The notes beneath the pieces are model-generated. The model had not been told where the DNA came from. It searched no databases and saw nothing but the letters and a program-made list of their open reading frames with translations. Position numbers and translations under genes: made by a program. From positions 4,864,001-4,928,000 of the forward strand of contig CBDETY010000003.1 of the NCBI GenBank assembly GCA_965243025.1: 64,000 nt of DNA. The letters run 5' to 3'. Shown here piece by piece: positions 51,491 through 61,673 of the stretch; position 1 is the first letter of the stretch, and every line of letters begins with the position of its first letter. The DNA comes from Candidatus Latescibacterota bacterium (GTDB lineage: Bacteria > Latescibacterota > UBA2968 > UBA8231).

Positions 51491-52224
51491 GCGTTCCACG
51501 TGGAACCCCTCCCTCCCACAACCGGGTCCACGGGCCAACGTTCCACGTGAAACGGCCACCTTCGGCACCAGATCTGTCGAACCGCGACACCAACGAGACC
51601 CGCCAGGGCCGCATTCTGACAGAACTCTGTCCCGGAGCAAGTACGCTCCAAATCGAGCGGTGGAGCGATGGCCTGGGGCGATTTGCAGACCTTCTGTTCC
51701 AGTGGTCGCAACGAGTAAGCCTGATCTCTTCTGGATCCAGAACGCAGATTTCTGCGAAACACATTCTTCCGTCGGTTGCCCTGAGACAGCTCATTCTCAC
51801 CCTGCCTCACAGGGCTTTGTGGGATGTCGGTTCGGGAGCGGGCCTGCCTGGGATTCCACTGGCAATCACACTTCCCCAGGCACGCTTTCTTCTGATTGAA
51901 AGCAGGCGGAGGAAGGCTTCATTCCTGCGGGAGGCAATCCGTCGACTGTCGCTGAATAACACCACGGTTCTCCCCGAAAGACTCGACCATAACAGCTGTA
52001 TTCCGAAGGAGTTCCCCAAGGCAGATGTGATACTATCCAGAGCGGCGTTGGATCTGGATCAGCTGCGCTCCTTGGGGAAAGGAAGAACCCAGCCCAACGC
52101 GGCCTTGATCAAGACCTTGCCCCCATCAGAATCGATCATTCCGGGGAAATCTACTCTGGTCCACCGTTGGCAGTGTGAAGGTTTGACCGGGTCTGTGGCA
52201 CTGCAGTTCGCCGACGTGGACTGA
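51487..52224 (+). CDS. rsmG: 16S rRNA m7G methyltransferase (GidB)
   Basis: DVGSGAGLPGIPLAI, LIES...KASFL, SRA; start uncertain (ATGA overlap with mnmE assumed). Confidence 0.85.
   Translation: MSVPRGTPPSHNRVHGPTFHVKRPPSAPDLSNRDTNETRQGRILTELCPGASTLQIERWSDGLGRFADLLFQWSQRVSLISSGSRTQISAKHILPSVALRQLILTLPHRALWDVGSGAGLPGIPLAITLPQARFLLIESRRRKASFLREAIRRLSLNNTTVLPERLDHNSCIPKEFPKADVILSRAALDLDQLRSLGKGRTQPNAALIKTLPPSESIIPGKSTLVHRWQCEGLTGSVALQFADVD
51492..51507. promoter_or_regulatory. parS centromere-like site
   Basis: CGTTCCACGTGGAACC matches the ParB parS palindrome. Confidence 0.88.
51539..51554. promoter_or_regulatory. parS centromere-like site
   Basis: CGTTCCACGTGAAACG. Confidence 0.88.
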
Positions 52225-52430
52225 GGAGCGGGAACCTCAGGAGTTGCAAACATCTACCCACACACAATGGTGGAAAAATCGCGGCAACAGGATTTCCGTG
52301 AGGTTTCCTGTCAAGGGCGGATTGCCCATGAACCGCGACAATCTGCCTGTCCGCCGGCGTGTGGACAGTGGCGGTGAAGGGACCCTATATTTCGCGGATA
52401 TGGTAGTTTGGGACGGATTCAATTTTCCCA

Positions 52431-53051
52431 GTGGTCTGCGCCGTGGTCGGTAATCAGCTGAAATCCCTGGCTTTGGTGGTACTGCGCCCTCTCGCGCAGT
52501 TCTTTATCCGAATTGGTCTGCGTCCTGACTGGCTGACCGTAGCCGGTTTTCTTCTGAGTCTGGTAGCAACCGGAGCATTCGCTACCGGCAATCTTGGCTG
52601 GGCAGCTGCGATCATGTTGTTGGGCGGGCTGTGCGATATCCTCGACGGGCAGGTCGCGAGGGAAGGCAGGAGCGAAACGCAATTTGGTGCACTGCTGGAT
52701 TCGACGACGGATCGCTATTCTGAAATCTTCCTTTATTTCGGAATCGGAGCTTACCTCATTGGACAAGATGAGTGGCTCGTGTGTGGAGTCCTGTTTTTTG
52801 CCCTGTCCGGGTCCCTGATGGTCAGTTATGTTCGAGCAAGGGCCGAAGGACTCGGAGAGGATTGCAAGGTTGGATTCATGCAGCGACCCGAGCGCCTTGT
52901 GGGTTTAGCCCTCGGGGGCCTGTACGGACACGAAGGTCTGGTTTTTGTGCTCGTAGTCCTGGCGGTGACCACAAACTACACTGTCATCGAGCGGCTTACC
53001 TACATCCGCAACAAGATGAATTCGAAAGCGGCCAACCCCACAACGAATTAA
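52431..53051 (+). CDS. CDP-alcohol phosphatidyltransferase
   Basis: DILDGQVAR...GALLDSTTDR signature. Confidence 0.92.
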   Translation: MVCAVVGNQLKSLALVVLRPLAQFFIRIGLRPDWLTVAGFLLSLVATGAFATGNLGWAAAIMLLGGLCDILDGQVAREGRSETQFGALLDSTTDRYSEIFLYFGIGAYLIGQDEWLVCGVLFFALSGSLMVSYVRARAEGLGEDCKVGFMQRPERLVGLALGGLYGHEGLVFVLVVLAVTTNYTVIERLTYIRNKMNSKAANPTTN

Positions 53052-53130
53052 TGGCGGCAGGCAGTTAAGCCGCTGATTCCCCGCTCTTGCCGATTCTCGA
53101 AGAGGACCTCCAAGACGGAAACGGGTCCTC

Positions 53131-53817
53131 GTGATTAGCGAAACGGATCACCAGAGGCAAGCCCCACTGTTTGTCGTCTTTGAAGGGATCGACGGTGCAG
53201 GCACTACGACCCAATCCGAGCTTCTGGCTCAATTTCTCAATTCTCATGGACATCCCGTAGTAGTTGCCCGGGAACCTGGGGGCACGGAGATTGGCGAACG
53301 GATTCGCCAGCTGCTCCTCGACCCCTCTCTGGCCGATATGACAGCCCGGGCCGAACTGCTGCTGTATTCAGCGAGCCGCGCCCAGCTTGTCGATGAAGTA
53401 ATCGGCCCTGCCCTCAAGGCAGGAAAGCCTGTAATAAGCGACCGATATGCGGCATCTACAATTGCCTACCAGGGAGCGGGAAGAGGCTTGGGCCGGGAAT
53501 TGATCGATTACTTGAACCGCGTTGTGGTTCAGAATTGTATCCCGGACGTCACCGTTTATCTGGATGTTCCATTAGAAGTGGCCAATCAGCGCATGAACAA
53601 CGTTAGTATGGATCGGGTTGAACAGGAGGGAAGGGGGTTTCGGGAACGAGTGGCAGCGGCCTATCGTAAAATGGCTGCCGATGAGGGGAAAACCTCGTTG
53701 CTTGTCGATGGAACAGAGGAGAAGAATCAACTTGCGGATCGAATCGTGGAGGAGCTGCAGTCCCGATGGCCCGCATTTCCTTACCGGACAAGTGATTCCT
53801 CCGGCAGAAGGAACTGA
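53131..53817 (+). CDS. tmk: Thymidylate kinase
   Basis: FEGIDGAG, REPGGT, SDRY, AYQG. Confidence 0.93.
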   Translation: MISETDHQRQAPLFVVFEGIDGAGTTTQSELLAQFLNSHGHPVVVAREPGGTEIGERIRQLLLDPSLADMTARAELLLYSASRAQLVDEVIGPALKAGKPVISDRYAASTIAYQGAGRGLGRELIDYLNRVVVQNCIPDVTVYLDVPLEVANQRMNNVSMDRVEQEGRGFRERVAAAYRKMAADEGKTSLLVDGTEEKNQLADRIVEELQSRWPAFPYRTSDSSGRRN

Positions 53818-53820
53818 ATA

Positions 53821-55710
53821 ATGACAGCAACAACAGTGCTTGGAAAAGGAACCGCATGGAGATGGGCAATTCCGTTTTTTGTCCCGATGGTCATGTTTTT
53901 CGTGGCTGGGCGAGCTGCGGGAACACCTATCAAATCGGATCCGTATCAGCCAGTTCATGAAAGCTGGGAGCGCTTTGGTGCGGTTTTCAGTCGCGTAGTG
54001 ACGCACTATTACGACGACGTCAATCACTCCCGACTGATGCGCGCCGCGATTGAGGGCTTGCTGCGCGAGCTTGATTCCTACAGCCAGTATTTCGATGAGG
54101 ATGGCCTGCGTCAACTGCGCCAGGATACGACTGGTCGATTCGCGGGGTTGGGCATCACCGTCGGAATCAAGGATCACTATCCGGTAGTAATCGCACCCAT
54201 GGAAGGAACCCCCGCAATACGGGCGGGGTTACTGCCTGGAGACCTTATCGTAGCGATTGAAGGGGAGGACTCTTTCGATCTGAGCCTCGAGGAGGTAGTA
54301 AACACCTTGCGGGGGGAACCAGGCTCGGTGGTGCGAATAACCGTTGCACGCCCGGGCCACTCCCAGTGGGACGTCGTCATCACGCGAGAGCTCATCAAGA
54401 TCAGGAGTGTTGCGTTGGCCGATTTGATCCACCCTCAAATCGGCTACATCAGCATGAAGCAGACGAGGTTCTCGGAGGACACGGCGTTCGAGGTTGAACA
54501 GGCGCTGAAGAAGCTGAGTTCGAGTGGAATCGAAGCCTTGGTGCTCGATCTCCGAGGGAATCCTGGAGGACTGCTTACGCAAGCTGCGGAAGTAGCGGAT
54601 CTCTTTCTCTCAAAGGGCGATCCGATCGTCTCCATTCGCGAACGGGACGGGGGCCGGGAGGAAACCCGCTATTCCCAGAGGCTTCCGGTGTATGCCGAAA
54701 ACCCAATGGTCGTTCTCATCGATGGCGGAAGTGCAAGCGCTGCAGAAATTGTAGCAGGAGCGATCCAGGACAACGACCGGGGTCTGGTCGTTGGTAAGAC
54801 CTCATTTGGAAAGGGATCGGTACAAACGATCTTCGACCTTCACGAACAGGAAGACACAGCACTCAAGCTGACAACTGCCCTGTACTACACTCCCAGCGGC
54901 CGTAGTATCCATCGCGATGCCAACGACCTGTCACCGTTTCGCTCATTGCAGATCCCTGTTGGAGAAATCGAAGTGCCGGCGGTGTTGCTGCTAAACGTCC
55001 TTCTCGAGGCGGACGACTACCCATCCGCCCACGCCGACCTGCGGGCGCGCTTCGATGTAGAAGCCGAGGAAGCCCATCAACTTCTACAACTCCAGTTCGG
55101 AGACCTCGTTGGTCGAAAGTGGGCGGAACTGCCGGTGGACGCGGGGTTCGATGTTTCCGGGAACCGGTATCAGACCCGGAACGGACGGACGGTTTTCGGG
55201 GGGGGAGGAATCACCCCGGACATCGTCGTAGAACCCGAAGAACTGCCCTACCTCGTTCAGCATCTGCAGAGGGGGCGCCATTTCTTCGATTTTGTCGTCG
55301 ATTATGTCGGGTCCGAAGGAAGGGCGAGCGAGGAGTTCCGTCTGGAAGTCGATCATCGCATGGTGGAAGCATTCCGCGAATTCGTTCCCGACTCGATCCT
55401 TGCGGCAAACGACGGCCGCAGGGAACTGCGAGAGTTGCGGCACCAGGCCTTGGCCGCAGGCTGGGGAGAATCGGCGAAATCGATGCTGGACAGTCTCGAA
55501 AAAACCCTGCAGACCAAAACAACGGCTCCGGCGTTCTCCCCACAGGTCGAACCTTACATACGGGCGAGTCTTCGTCGCGAGTTGGCACTGCGCTTGCACG
55601 GCCGACGCGCGAGCCTGCTGACGGAGCTCGAGGAAGATCCCCAGTTGGAAGAAGCAGTGACCTTGATCAAGGACCGCGAGAAATTCAGCCGTTTGCTGGC
55701 TGGAGGGTAG
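53821..55710 (+). CDS. S41-family carboxy-terminal processing protease
   Basis: PDZ domain, DLRGNPGG, SASAAE (catalytic Ser), GKGSVQ (catalytic Lys), YYTPSGRSI. Confidence 0.93.
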   Translation: MTATTVLGKGTAWRWAIPFFVPMVMFFVAGRAAGTPIKSDPYQPVHESWERFGAVFSRVVTHYYDDVNHSRLMRAAIEGLLRELDSYSQYFDEDGLRQLRQDTTGRFAGLGITVGIKDHYPVVIAPMEGTPAIRAGLLPGDLIVAIEGEDSFDLSLEEVVNTLRGEPGSVVRITVARPGHSQWDVVITRELIKIRSVALADLIHPQIGYISMKQTRFSEDTAFEVEQALKKLSSSGIEALVLDLRGNPGGLLTQAAEVADLFLSKGDPIVSIRERDGGREETRYSQRLPVYAENPMVVLIDGGSASAAEIVAGAIQDNDRGLVVGKTSFGKGSVQTIFDLHEQEDTALKLTTALYYTPSGRSIHRDANDLSPFRSLQIPVGEIEVPAVLLLNVLLEADDYPSAHADLRARFDVEAEEAHQLLQLQFGDLVGRKWAELPVDAGFDVSGNRYQTRNGRTVFGGGGITPDIVVEPEELPYLVQHLQRGRHFFDFVVDYVGSEGRASEEFRLEVDHRMVEAFREFVPDSILAANDGRRELRELRHQALAAGWGESAKSMLDSLEKTLQTKTTAPAFSPQVEPYIRASLRRELALRLHGRRASLLTELEEDPQLEEAVTLIKDREKFSRLLAGG

Positions 55711-55973
55711 CAAGGTTGGCCCAAACTCCGGCCGTTACGAGCCAGAGCGGGCCGAAAAAACATAGACAAACCAAAAACCAGGAGAGCTCGGATCGGGGTG
55801 AAAAACAAAGCCCCGCGAGCGAGTGTATTCAGGGAATCAAACCGTGGTTTTTCCGGGAATGTTACTCCCCCTGGATACAACCTCTCTCGATTCGATTGAG
55901 CTCTCCATCAACGGCAAGCAAGCCCGCCAGTGCGGTTGGGAAGCAATATGCCGGGTTCACTAAAGGAGAACCG

Positions 55974-57515
55974 ATGTCTACCGAAATATTCATTAACCAG
56001 GGAATTCACGAGTCCCGCATTGCCATCGTTGAAGAAGGTCGTCTCGCGGAAATCTGGGTCGAGCGCCCGGAAAGCGAGCGCATAGTCGGGGATATCTACA
56101 AAGGCACTGTTATGGCGGTTTTGCCAAGTTTACAGGCAGCCTTTGTCGAGATCGGACTGGAGCGCACCGCCTTTCTTCAGGTTCGCGATATGGTCGAGGC
56201 GAATTCAGAGGAAGAGGAGCGCCTTCCCCGCAACGGACGCCGGGGCCGTTCCCTGCCGAACATCCAGAGTCTTGTCAAAAAAGGGCAGGAAATACTGGTG
56301 CAGGTCGCCAAGGAGCCAATTGGAACCAAGGGAGCCCGGGTAACCACTCAACTTGCTCTCGCTGGACGCTTCGTGGTGTTGATGCCGGGAGGGGATTGGG
56401 TCGGAGTTTCCCGAAAGATTTCGAACTATTCTGAACGTCGCAGACTCCGCGATATCGTTCGCAAGGCGTGTCCGGAAGGGTACTCGGCGATCGTGCGCAC
56501 GGAGGGATCCGGAAAAAGCGAGAAGGAATTCAAGCGCGACCTGAAGCAGTTGGAAAAGGTTCATGGGCGCATGGAAAAACGCAGCCGGAAGGTCCCGGCC
56601 CCGGCACTCGTGCACAAAGAGCTGGGTATGACCACCAGTGTAATCCGCGATCTTTTCAACGACAGTGTGGACAGACTCGTCGTCGATTCGAAGCTGCTCT
56701 ACAGGGAAATCTGTGACTACGTGAAATCGGTATCACCAGAGTTGAAGAACCGAATCGAATTCTTCCGGGACAAACGGCCGATTTTCGACGTGGTCAACAT
56801 CGAACGCGAGTTGGAGAAGGCCAACGACCGGAATGTAGGCATGCGGGGTGGAGGGGCTCTGGTAATCGACCATGCGGAGGCGGGAACCTTTGTCGACGTC
56901 AACTCTGCAAGGTATGTAGGATCGCGTGACCAGGAGGAGAGCAACCTGCGGACCAATATCGAGGCGGCAAAGGAGCTTGCCCGGCAGCTTCGACTGCGCG
57001 ACATCGGAGGCATCATCGTCGTGGACTTCATTGACATGCACGAGGAACGCAACCGGAAAAAAGTGGTGGAGCAGATGATCGAGGAGACGAAAAAAGACCG
57101 TGCCAAGGTTTCGATCAGTCCCCAGATCAGCGAGTTCGGCCTTGTTGAAATGACCCGACAGCGAGTGCGTCCCAACTTGCTGCATACACACAGCGAGCCC
57201 TGCCCCACCTGCCACGGTACCGGAAGGGTACTCGGGCCGGATACGACTTTGACAAAAATCGAGCGCTGGATGCAGCGGGCCTATGCCGCCAACGGTGAGC
57301 GCCGGTTCGAACTCCGGGTGCATCCCGAGGTCGCGCAGTACATGGCCGCCGATCGGGAAGTGCGTCTCAAGTCGATTCGCCGAGCAACCAAGGCACGTGT
57401 CGAGATCCGGGAGGATCCATCCGTGACGGCGCAGGATTTCAGGGTGATTTCCCGGAAACGGAACCTCGATGTGACGGCGAAATACAGCAATTCTTCAGAT
57501 GCCAGACGAAATTGA
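55974..57515 (+). CDS. RNase E/G family endoribonuclease (RNase G-length)
   Basis: GDIYKG, KEPIGTKGAR, DVNS, LRDIGGIIVVDFIDM, CPTC; AAGGAG RBS before MSTEIF. Confidence 0.93.
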   Translation: MSTEIFINQGIHESRIAIVEEGRLAEIWVERPESERIVGDIYKGTVMAVLPSLQAAFVEIGLERTAFLQVRDMVEANSEEEERLPRNGRRGRSLPNIQSLVKKGQEILVQVAKEPIGTKGARVTTQLALAGRFVVLMPGGDWVGVSRKISNYSERRRLRDIVRKACPEGYSAIVRTEGSGKSEKEFKRDLKQLEKVHGRMEKRSRKVPAPALVHKELGMTTSVIRDLFNDSVDRLVVDSKLLYREICDYVKSVSPELKNRIEFFRDKRPIFDVVNIERELEKANDRNVGMRGGGALVIDHAEAGTFVDVNSARYVGSRDQEESNLRTNIEAAKELARQLRLRDIGGIIVVDFIDMHEERNRKKVVEQMIEETKKDRAKVSISPQISEFGLVEMTRQRVRPNLLHTHSEPCPTCHGTGRVLGPDTTLTKIERWMQRAYAANGERRFELRVHPEVAQYMAADREVRLKSIRRATKARVEIREDPSVTAQDFRVISRKRNLDVTAKYSNSSDARRN

Positions 57516-57594
57516 CAGGTTTTCGGAGCACGGTTAGCTTTCACCCCTTTCACGGGCAACCGAAAACCACGGATTCGAGAACGGATCAACACCA

Positions 57595-57909
57595 ATGTAT
57601 GCCATCGTAGACATTGCCGGCGAACAGGTACAGGTCAGCGAAGGAGAAACGGTACGGGTGCCAAGGCTTTCCATCGAGGAGGGCCAAAAGCACACGTTCA
57701 CCAAGGTTTTGATGATTTCTGACGACAGCCAAAACATCGTCGGGGGTCCACACGTCGAGGGGGCGTCAGTCACGGCGACCATTCGCGGTCACGGACTCGA
57801 GAAGAAGGTGGTCGTTTTCAAGATCAAGCGTCGGAAGAAGTATCGGCGCCGAAACGGACACCGCCAGCAATACACCGAGATCCAGGTAGACGAGATCGCA
57901 ACAGCGTAG
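57595..57909 (+). CDS. rplU: 50S ribosomal protein L21
   Basis: MYAIV...GHRQQYT. Confidence 0.95.
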   Translation: MYAIVDIAGEQVQVSEGETVRVPRLSIEEGQKHTFTKVLMISDDSQNIVGGPHVEGASVTATIRGHGLEKKVVVFKIKRRKKYRRRNGHRQQYTEIQVDEIATA

Positions 57910-57938
57910 CCAGAAGACCACGTGGAAAGGTATCCCCA

Positions 57939-58205
57939 ATGGCACATAAAAAGGGCGTAGGAAGTTCGAGAAACGGCCGTGACAGCCATTCAAAACGCCT
58001 CGGCGTCAAGCGCTACGGAGGCCAGTTGGTAAGCGCCGGGACCATCCTGGTTCGCCAACGTGGCACGCGGATTCATCCCGGGCGCAATGTGCGCAAGGGA
58101 GGGGACGATACGCTTTACGCGACTGTCGGCGGTATTGTCCAATTCGAAAGAGAGGGACGCAATCGAAACCGCGTCAATGTCATGCCACCGAAATCTCCTG
58201 ACTGA
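57939..58205 (+). CDS. rpmA: 50S ribosomal protein L27
   Basis: [16 protein letters not shown]. Confidence 0.97.
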   Translation: MAHKKGVGSSRNGRDSHSKRLGVKRYGGQLVSAGTILVRQRGTRIHPGRNVRKGGDDTLYATVGGIVQFEREGRNRNRVNVMPPKSPD

Positions 58206-58275
58206 AATCACGCCGTCAACTTCCTCGTAGTGCCACCCCACCGATAAAAAACCCCGTGTCAGCAGCGACTGGGCA

Positions 58276-59994
58276 ATGAACAACCTCGCCTACGATGTCC
58301 TGATTGTAGGTGGGGGTGGAGCCGGCCTGCGGGCGGCGGTCGCCGCCGTTGAGGCAGACTCCCGGCTGAGCGTTGGGGTTGTTTCAAAGGTCTACCCCAT
58401 GCGCAGTCATACCGTTTCGGCGGAAGGCGGCCTGGCGGCGGTGGTGCGCGACGATGACAATCTCGATTCGCACGCGTTCGACACCATCAAGGGCAGCGAT
58501 TTTCTCGCCGACCAGGATGTTGTGGAGGCCTTCGTAAAGGAAGCCCCCGGCGAAGCGGTACAGCTGGAACACTGGGGATGCCCCTGGAGCAGGGATCAGG
58601 ACGGCCGCGTGAGCGTCCGGGCCTTTGGCGGCATGACCGTCAAGAGGACGCTCTACGCAGCCGACAAAACCGGATTCCACATGTTGCACGCGTTGTTCCA
58701 AACCTCTTTGAAATACACGAGCATCCACCGGCACGACGAGTTTTTCGTCACCTCCCTGTTGGTGGAAGAGGGCCGGGTATGCGGCGTCGCTGCATTGAAT
58801 CTGCAGTCGGGCGGACTGCAGGCGATTCAGGCAAAGGCTGTAATCCTCAGCACCGGGGGTGGCGGACGTATATTCCCCTTCACCACCAACGCCGCCATCA
58901 AGACCGGTGACGGCATGGCAATGGCATACCGTGCCGGATGCCCGCTCAAGGACATGGAATTCGTGCAGTATCACCCTACCGGCTTGCCCGGTACTGGTAT
59001 CCTGATGACGGAAGCCTCGAGGGGAGAGGGAGGATACCTAGTCAACAGCGAGGGTGACCGCTATCTGAGCGAGTACGTGCCGGGGAAAATGGAACTTGGC
59101 CCTCGGGACATCCTGTCGCGTTCCTTTGTGCACGAGCTGCGCGCTGGCCGGGTTTTCGAGGACGAGCAGGGGCAGTACGTGCACCTCGACCTGCGCCACC
59201 TCGGCGAGAAAGTCATCGATGAAAAGCTGCCCTTTGTGCGCGAGTTGACCCGCAACTACGTAGGTATAGATCCGGTACACGACCCGATACCCGTGCGCCC
59301 GGTTGTCCACTACATGATGGGTGGCGTTCACACCGACATGGACGGCAAGACTCCGATCGAAGGGTTGTATTCGGCAGGCGAGTCCGCCTGTGTCAGCCTC
59401 AACGGCGCCAACCGGCTGGGCTCCAACTCCCTGACCGAATGCCTCGTTTTCGGAGCGCGCGCCGGAAAAACTGCCGCTGCGTATGCGATGGAACAGCAGC
59501 AACCGCCCCCCGGTTCCCTTGAACAGCTGACCCGGGAGGAAGAGCTGCAGATCAAGTCGCGGTTTTTCAGCGAGGGCACGGAAGAAGAACGCATCGCCGA
59601 TATCCGTACGGACCTGCAGAAGGCAATGGAAGCCGGGGCCGGAATCTACCGCACCCGGGAGGGTCTGGAGAAGGCTTGCGAAGAGATCGCAGGTCTGCGT
59701 CGCCGCTACGAGAAGGTTCGTGTGCAGGATCATTCCAAGGTTTTCAACACACAGCTGACCGCCGCCATTGAACTGGGATTCATGCTCGATGTGGCCGAGT
59801 CCCTCGCCCATTCGGCGTTGCGGCGGGAAGAGTCTCGAGGCTCGCACGCCCGTTCGGATTTCGAGGAACGCAACGACGACGCGTTTCTGCAGCACTCGCT
59901 GGCCTACCGTGGAGTGGAAGATGGCGACACTCCCCGCATAGACTATCTGCCCGCTACGATCACCCAGTGGCAGCCCGAGGAGCGCACCTACTGA
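58276..59994 (+). CDS. frdA: Fumarate reductase/succinate dehydrogenase flavoprotein
   Basis: [10 protein letters not shown] covalent-FAD motif, [21 protein letters not shown]. Confidence 0.9.
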   Translation: MNNLAYDVLIVGGGGAGLRAAVAAVEADSRLSVGVVSKVYPMRSHTVSAEGGLAAVVRDDDNLDSHAFDTIKGSDFLADQDVVEAFVKEAPGEAVQLEHWGCPWSRDQDGRVSVRAFGGMTVKRTLYAADKTGFHMLHALFQTSLKYTSIHRHDEFFVTSLLVEEGRVCGVAALNLQSGGLQAIQAKAVILSTGGGGRIFPFTTNAAIKTGDGMAMAYRAGCPLKDMEFVQYHPTGLPGTGILMTEASRGEGGYLVNSEGDRYLSEYVPGKMELGPRDILSRSFVHELRAGRVFEDEQGQYVHLDLRHLGEKVIDEKLPFVRELTRNYVGIDPVHDPIPVRPVVHYMMGGVHTDMDGKTPIEGLYSAGESACVSLNGANRLGSNSLTECLVFGARAGKTAAAYAMEQQQPPPGSLEQLTREEELQIKSRFFSEGTEEERIADIRTDLQKAMEAGAGIYRTREGLEKACEEIAGLRRRYEKVRVQDHSKVFNTQLTAAIELGFMLDVAESLAHSALRREESRGSHARSDFEERNDDAFLQHSLAYRGVEDGDTPRIDYLPATITQWQPEERTY

Positions 59995-59995
59995 C

Positions 59996-60739
59996 ATGAG
60001 TGCCACAATCACCCTTTCCGTTTTCCGCTACGGTGGAGAAGGGGAAAACGAACCGACCTTTCAGGATTACGAGATTCCGTACCGGCCGGAATGGGTGGTT
60101 CTCGACGCCTTGAACTACATCAAGGATTATGTCGACGGAACTCTTTCGTACCGGTGGTCGTGCCGCATGGGGGTGTGCGGAAGCTGTGGTACCATGGTGA
60201 ACGGCGAACCGAAACTGACGTGCGCAACCTTCCTGCGCGACTACTTTCCGGATCCAGTGCGAGTCGAACCGCTCAATCACTTTCCCGTGGTTCGGGATCT
60301 CGTCATCGAGATGGACGATTTCATGGCCAAACTGCAGGCCGTGAAGCCCTGGATCGTGCGCGACGAGGAAAAACCGGTAGAGGAAGGAGAGTACCTGCAA
60401 ACCCCGGAGGAGCTGGCCGAATTCAAACAATTCAGCATGTGCATCAACTGCATGTTGTGTTATTCGGCCTGCCCTGTGTACGGGTTGGAGGACGGATTCA
60501 TCGGACCGGCTGCCCTGGCGCTCGCGCACCGTTACAACATGGACACCCGCGACAAGGGACAGGACGAACGCGCCCATGTCGTGGCCAGCAGCGAAGGGAT
60601 CTGGGAGTGCACTTTTGTCGGCGAGTGCTCCGTTGTCTGTCCCAAGGATGTCGACCCGGCTGCTGCCATACAACGGACCAAGGTTGCAACAACGAAAAAC
60701 TGGTTCAAGTCGATACTGATGCCGTGGGGCGCCAGATGA
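59996..60739 (+). CDS. frdB: Fumarate reductase iron-sulfur subunit
   Basis: [34 protein letters not shown]. Confidence 0.9.
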   Translation: MSATITLSVFRYGGEGENEPTFQDYEIPYRPEWVVLDALNYIKDYVDGTLSYRWSCRMGVCGSCGTMVNGEPKLTCATFLRDYFPDPVRVEPLNHFPVVRDLVIEMDDFMAKLQAVKPWIVRDEEKPVEEGEYLQTPEELAEFKQFSMCINCMLCYSACPVYGLEDGFIGPAALALAHRYNMDTRDKGQDERAHVVASSEGIWECTFVGECSVVCPKDVDPAAAIQRTKVATTKNWFKSILMPWGAR

Positions 60740-61146
60740 GCACTGCTTCCCCCAATGGCGGCGACCGGAAGACGTACCGACCGTCAATGCCGTCAACGTG
60801 GTGGCTGAAGAAGGGGAGCTACTTTCTGTTCATGATACGCGAGCTCAGCAGCGTCTTCATCGCCGCATTCGTCCTGCTTTTCATGTGGGAGCTTTTCCAG
60901 CTGTCGGAAGGAGCGGAGACATACGGACAGTTCCGCGAATCGCTGCGGCAGCCTGGGTATGTCGCCTTTTTTGCAATCGCCTTCGTTTTCGCGGTATATC
61001 ACACCATCACCTGGTTTGGGGCCGCCTCGAAGATCCAGGTGGTTCGTCTTGGTTCCCGGACCGTGCCTCCCGCCATGGTTACCGGGGGTGCGATCGCGGG
61101 GTGGGTGGTGGCGTCGGTCGCAATCGCCGTGTTCTTCCTGAGCTAG
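60736..61146 (+). CDS. frdC: Fumarate reductase membrane anchor C
   Basis: [15 protein letters not shown]...MIRE...HTITWF. Confidence 0.85.
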   Translation: MSTASPNGGDRKTYRPSMPSTWWLKKGSYFLFMIRELSSVFIAAFVLLFMWELFQLSEGAETYGQFRESLRQPGYVAFFAIAFVFAVYHTITWFGAASKIQVVRLGSRTVPPAMVTGGAIAGWVVASVAIAVFFLS

Positions 61147-61157
61147 GTGCGCAGCCA

Positions 61158-61520
61158 GTGAACTACCGCAAGGACACCGGAGAGCCCTTCTGGTGGGGCA
61201 TGTTTTCCGCGGGGGGAATGGTTGCCGCCCTGCTGGTTCCCATTCATATCCTGCTCGACGGCCTGGCGGTTCCGCTTGGCCTGCTGAGAAGCGAGGCAGT
61301 TGGGTACGAACGCATGCACTCCCTGCTTGCCAACCCTCTGGTCAAGCTCTACTTCTTCGCTTTCATGTCCCTGCCACTGTTTCACGCAGCGCACCGCATT
61401 CGTTTTTCCCTCTACGAGTTGGGTGTGCGGAAGCATCGCCGGTCCGTAAGTGTGCTTTGTTACGGGGGAGCCCTTGCCGGAACGGCAGTTGCCGCCTATC
61501 TCCTGTTGAAGTTTTTGTAA
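61158..61520 (+). CDS. frdD: Fumarate reductase membrane anchor D
   Basis: EPFWWGMFSAGG...LPLFHAAHRI; GTG start. Confidence 0.85.
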   Translation: MNYRKDTGEPFWWGMFSAGGMVAALLVPIHILLDGLAVPLGLLRSEAVGYERMHSLLANPLVKLYFFAFMSLPLFHAAHRIRFSLYELGVRKHRRSVSVLCYGGALAGTAVAAYLLLKFL

Positions 61521-61673
61521 ACACCAACACGTCGCGAGCCAGGGTCCGGAGCGCAGTCGGTAGTCGGAGGTTTGCGCGTCTGCGGATGTACTCTGCCGGA
61601 CCTCTCTGAACACAGCCACCTCTCAGGGGTTGCGTCTTCGGATGGTTCCCAGGGCTGGGATGCAACCATCGCC

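Noticed and set aside
52250-52430. Two or three DnaA-box-like 9-mers downstream of rsmG
   Set aside because: Sparse and mismatched; not distinguishable from background by eye.
57913-57930. Third parS-like site GACCACGTGGAAAG
   Set aside because: Only the core matches; both arms have several mismatches.
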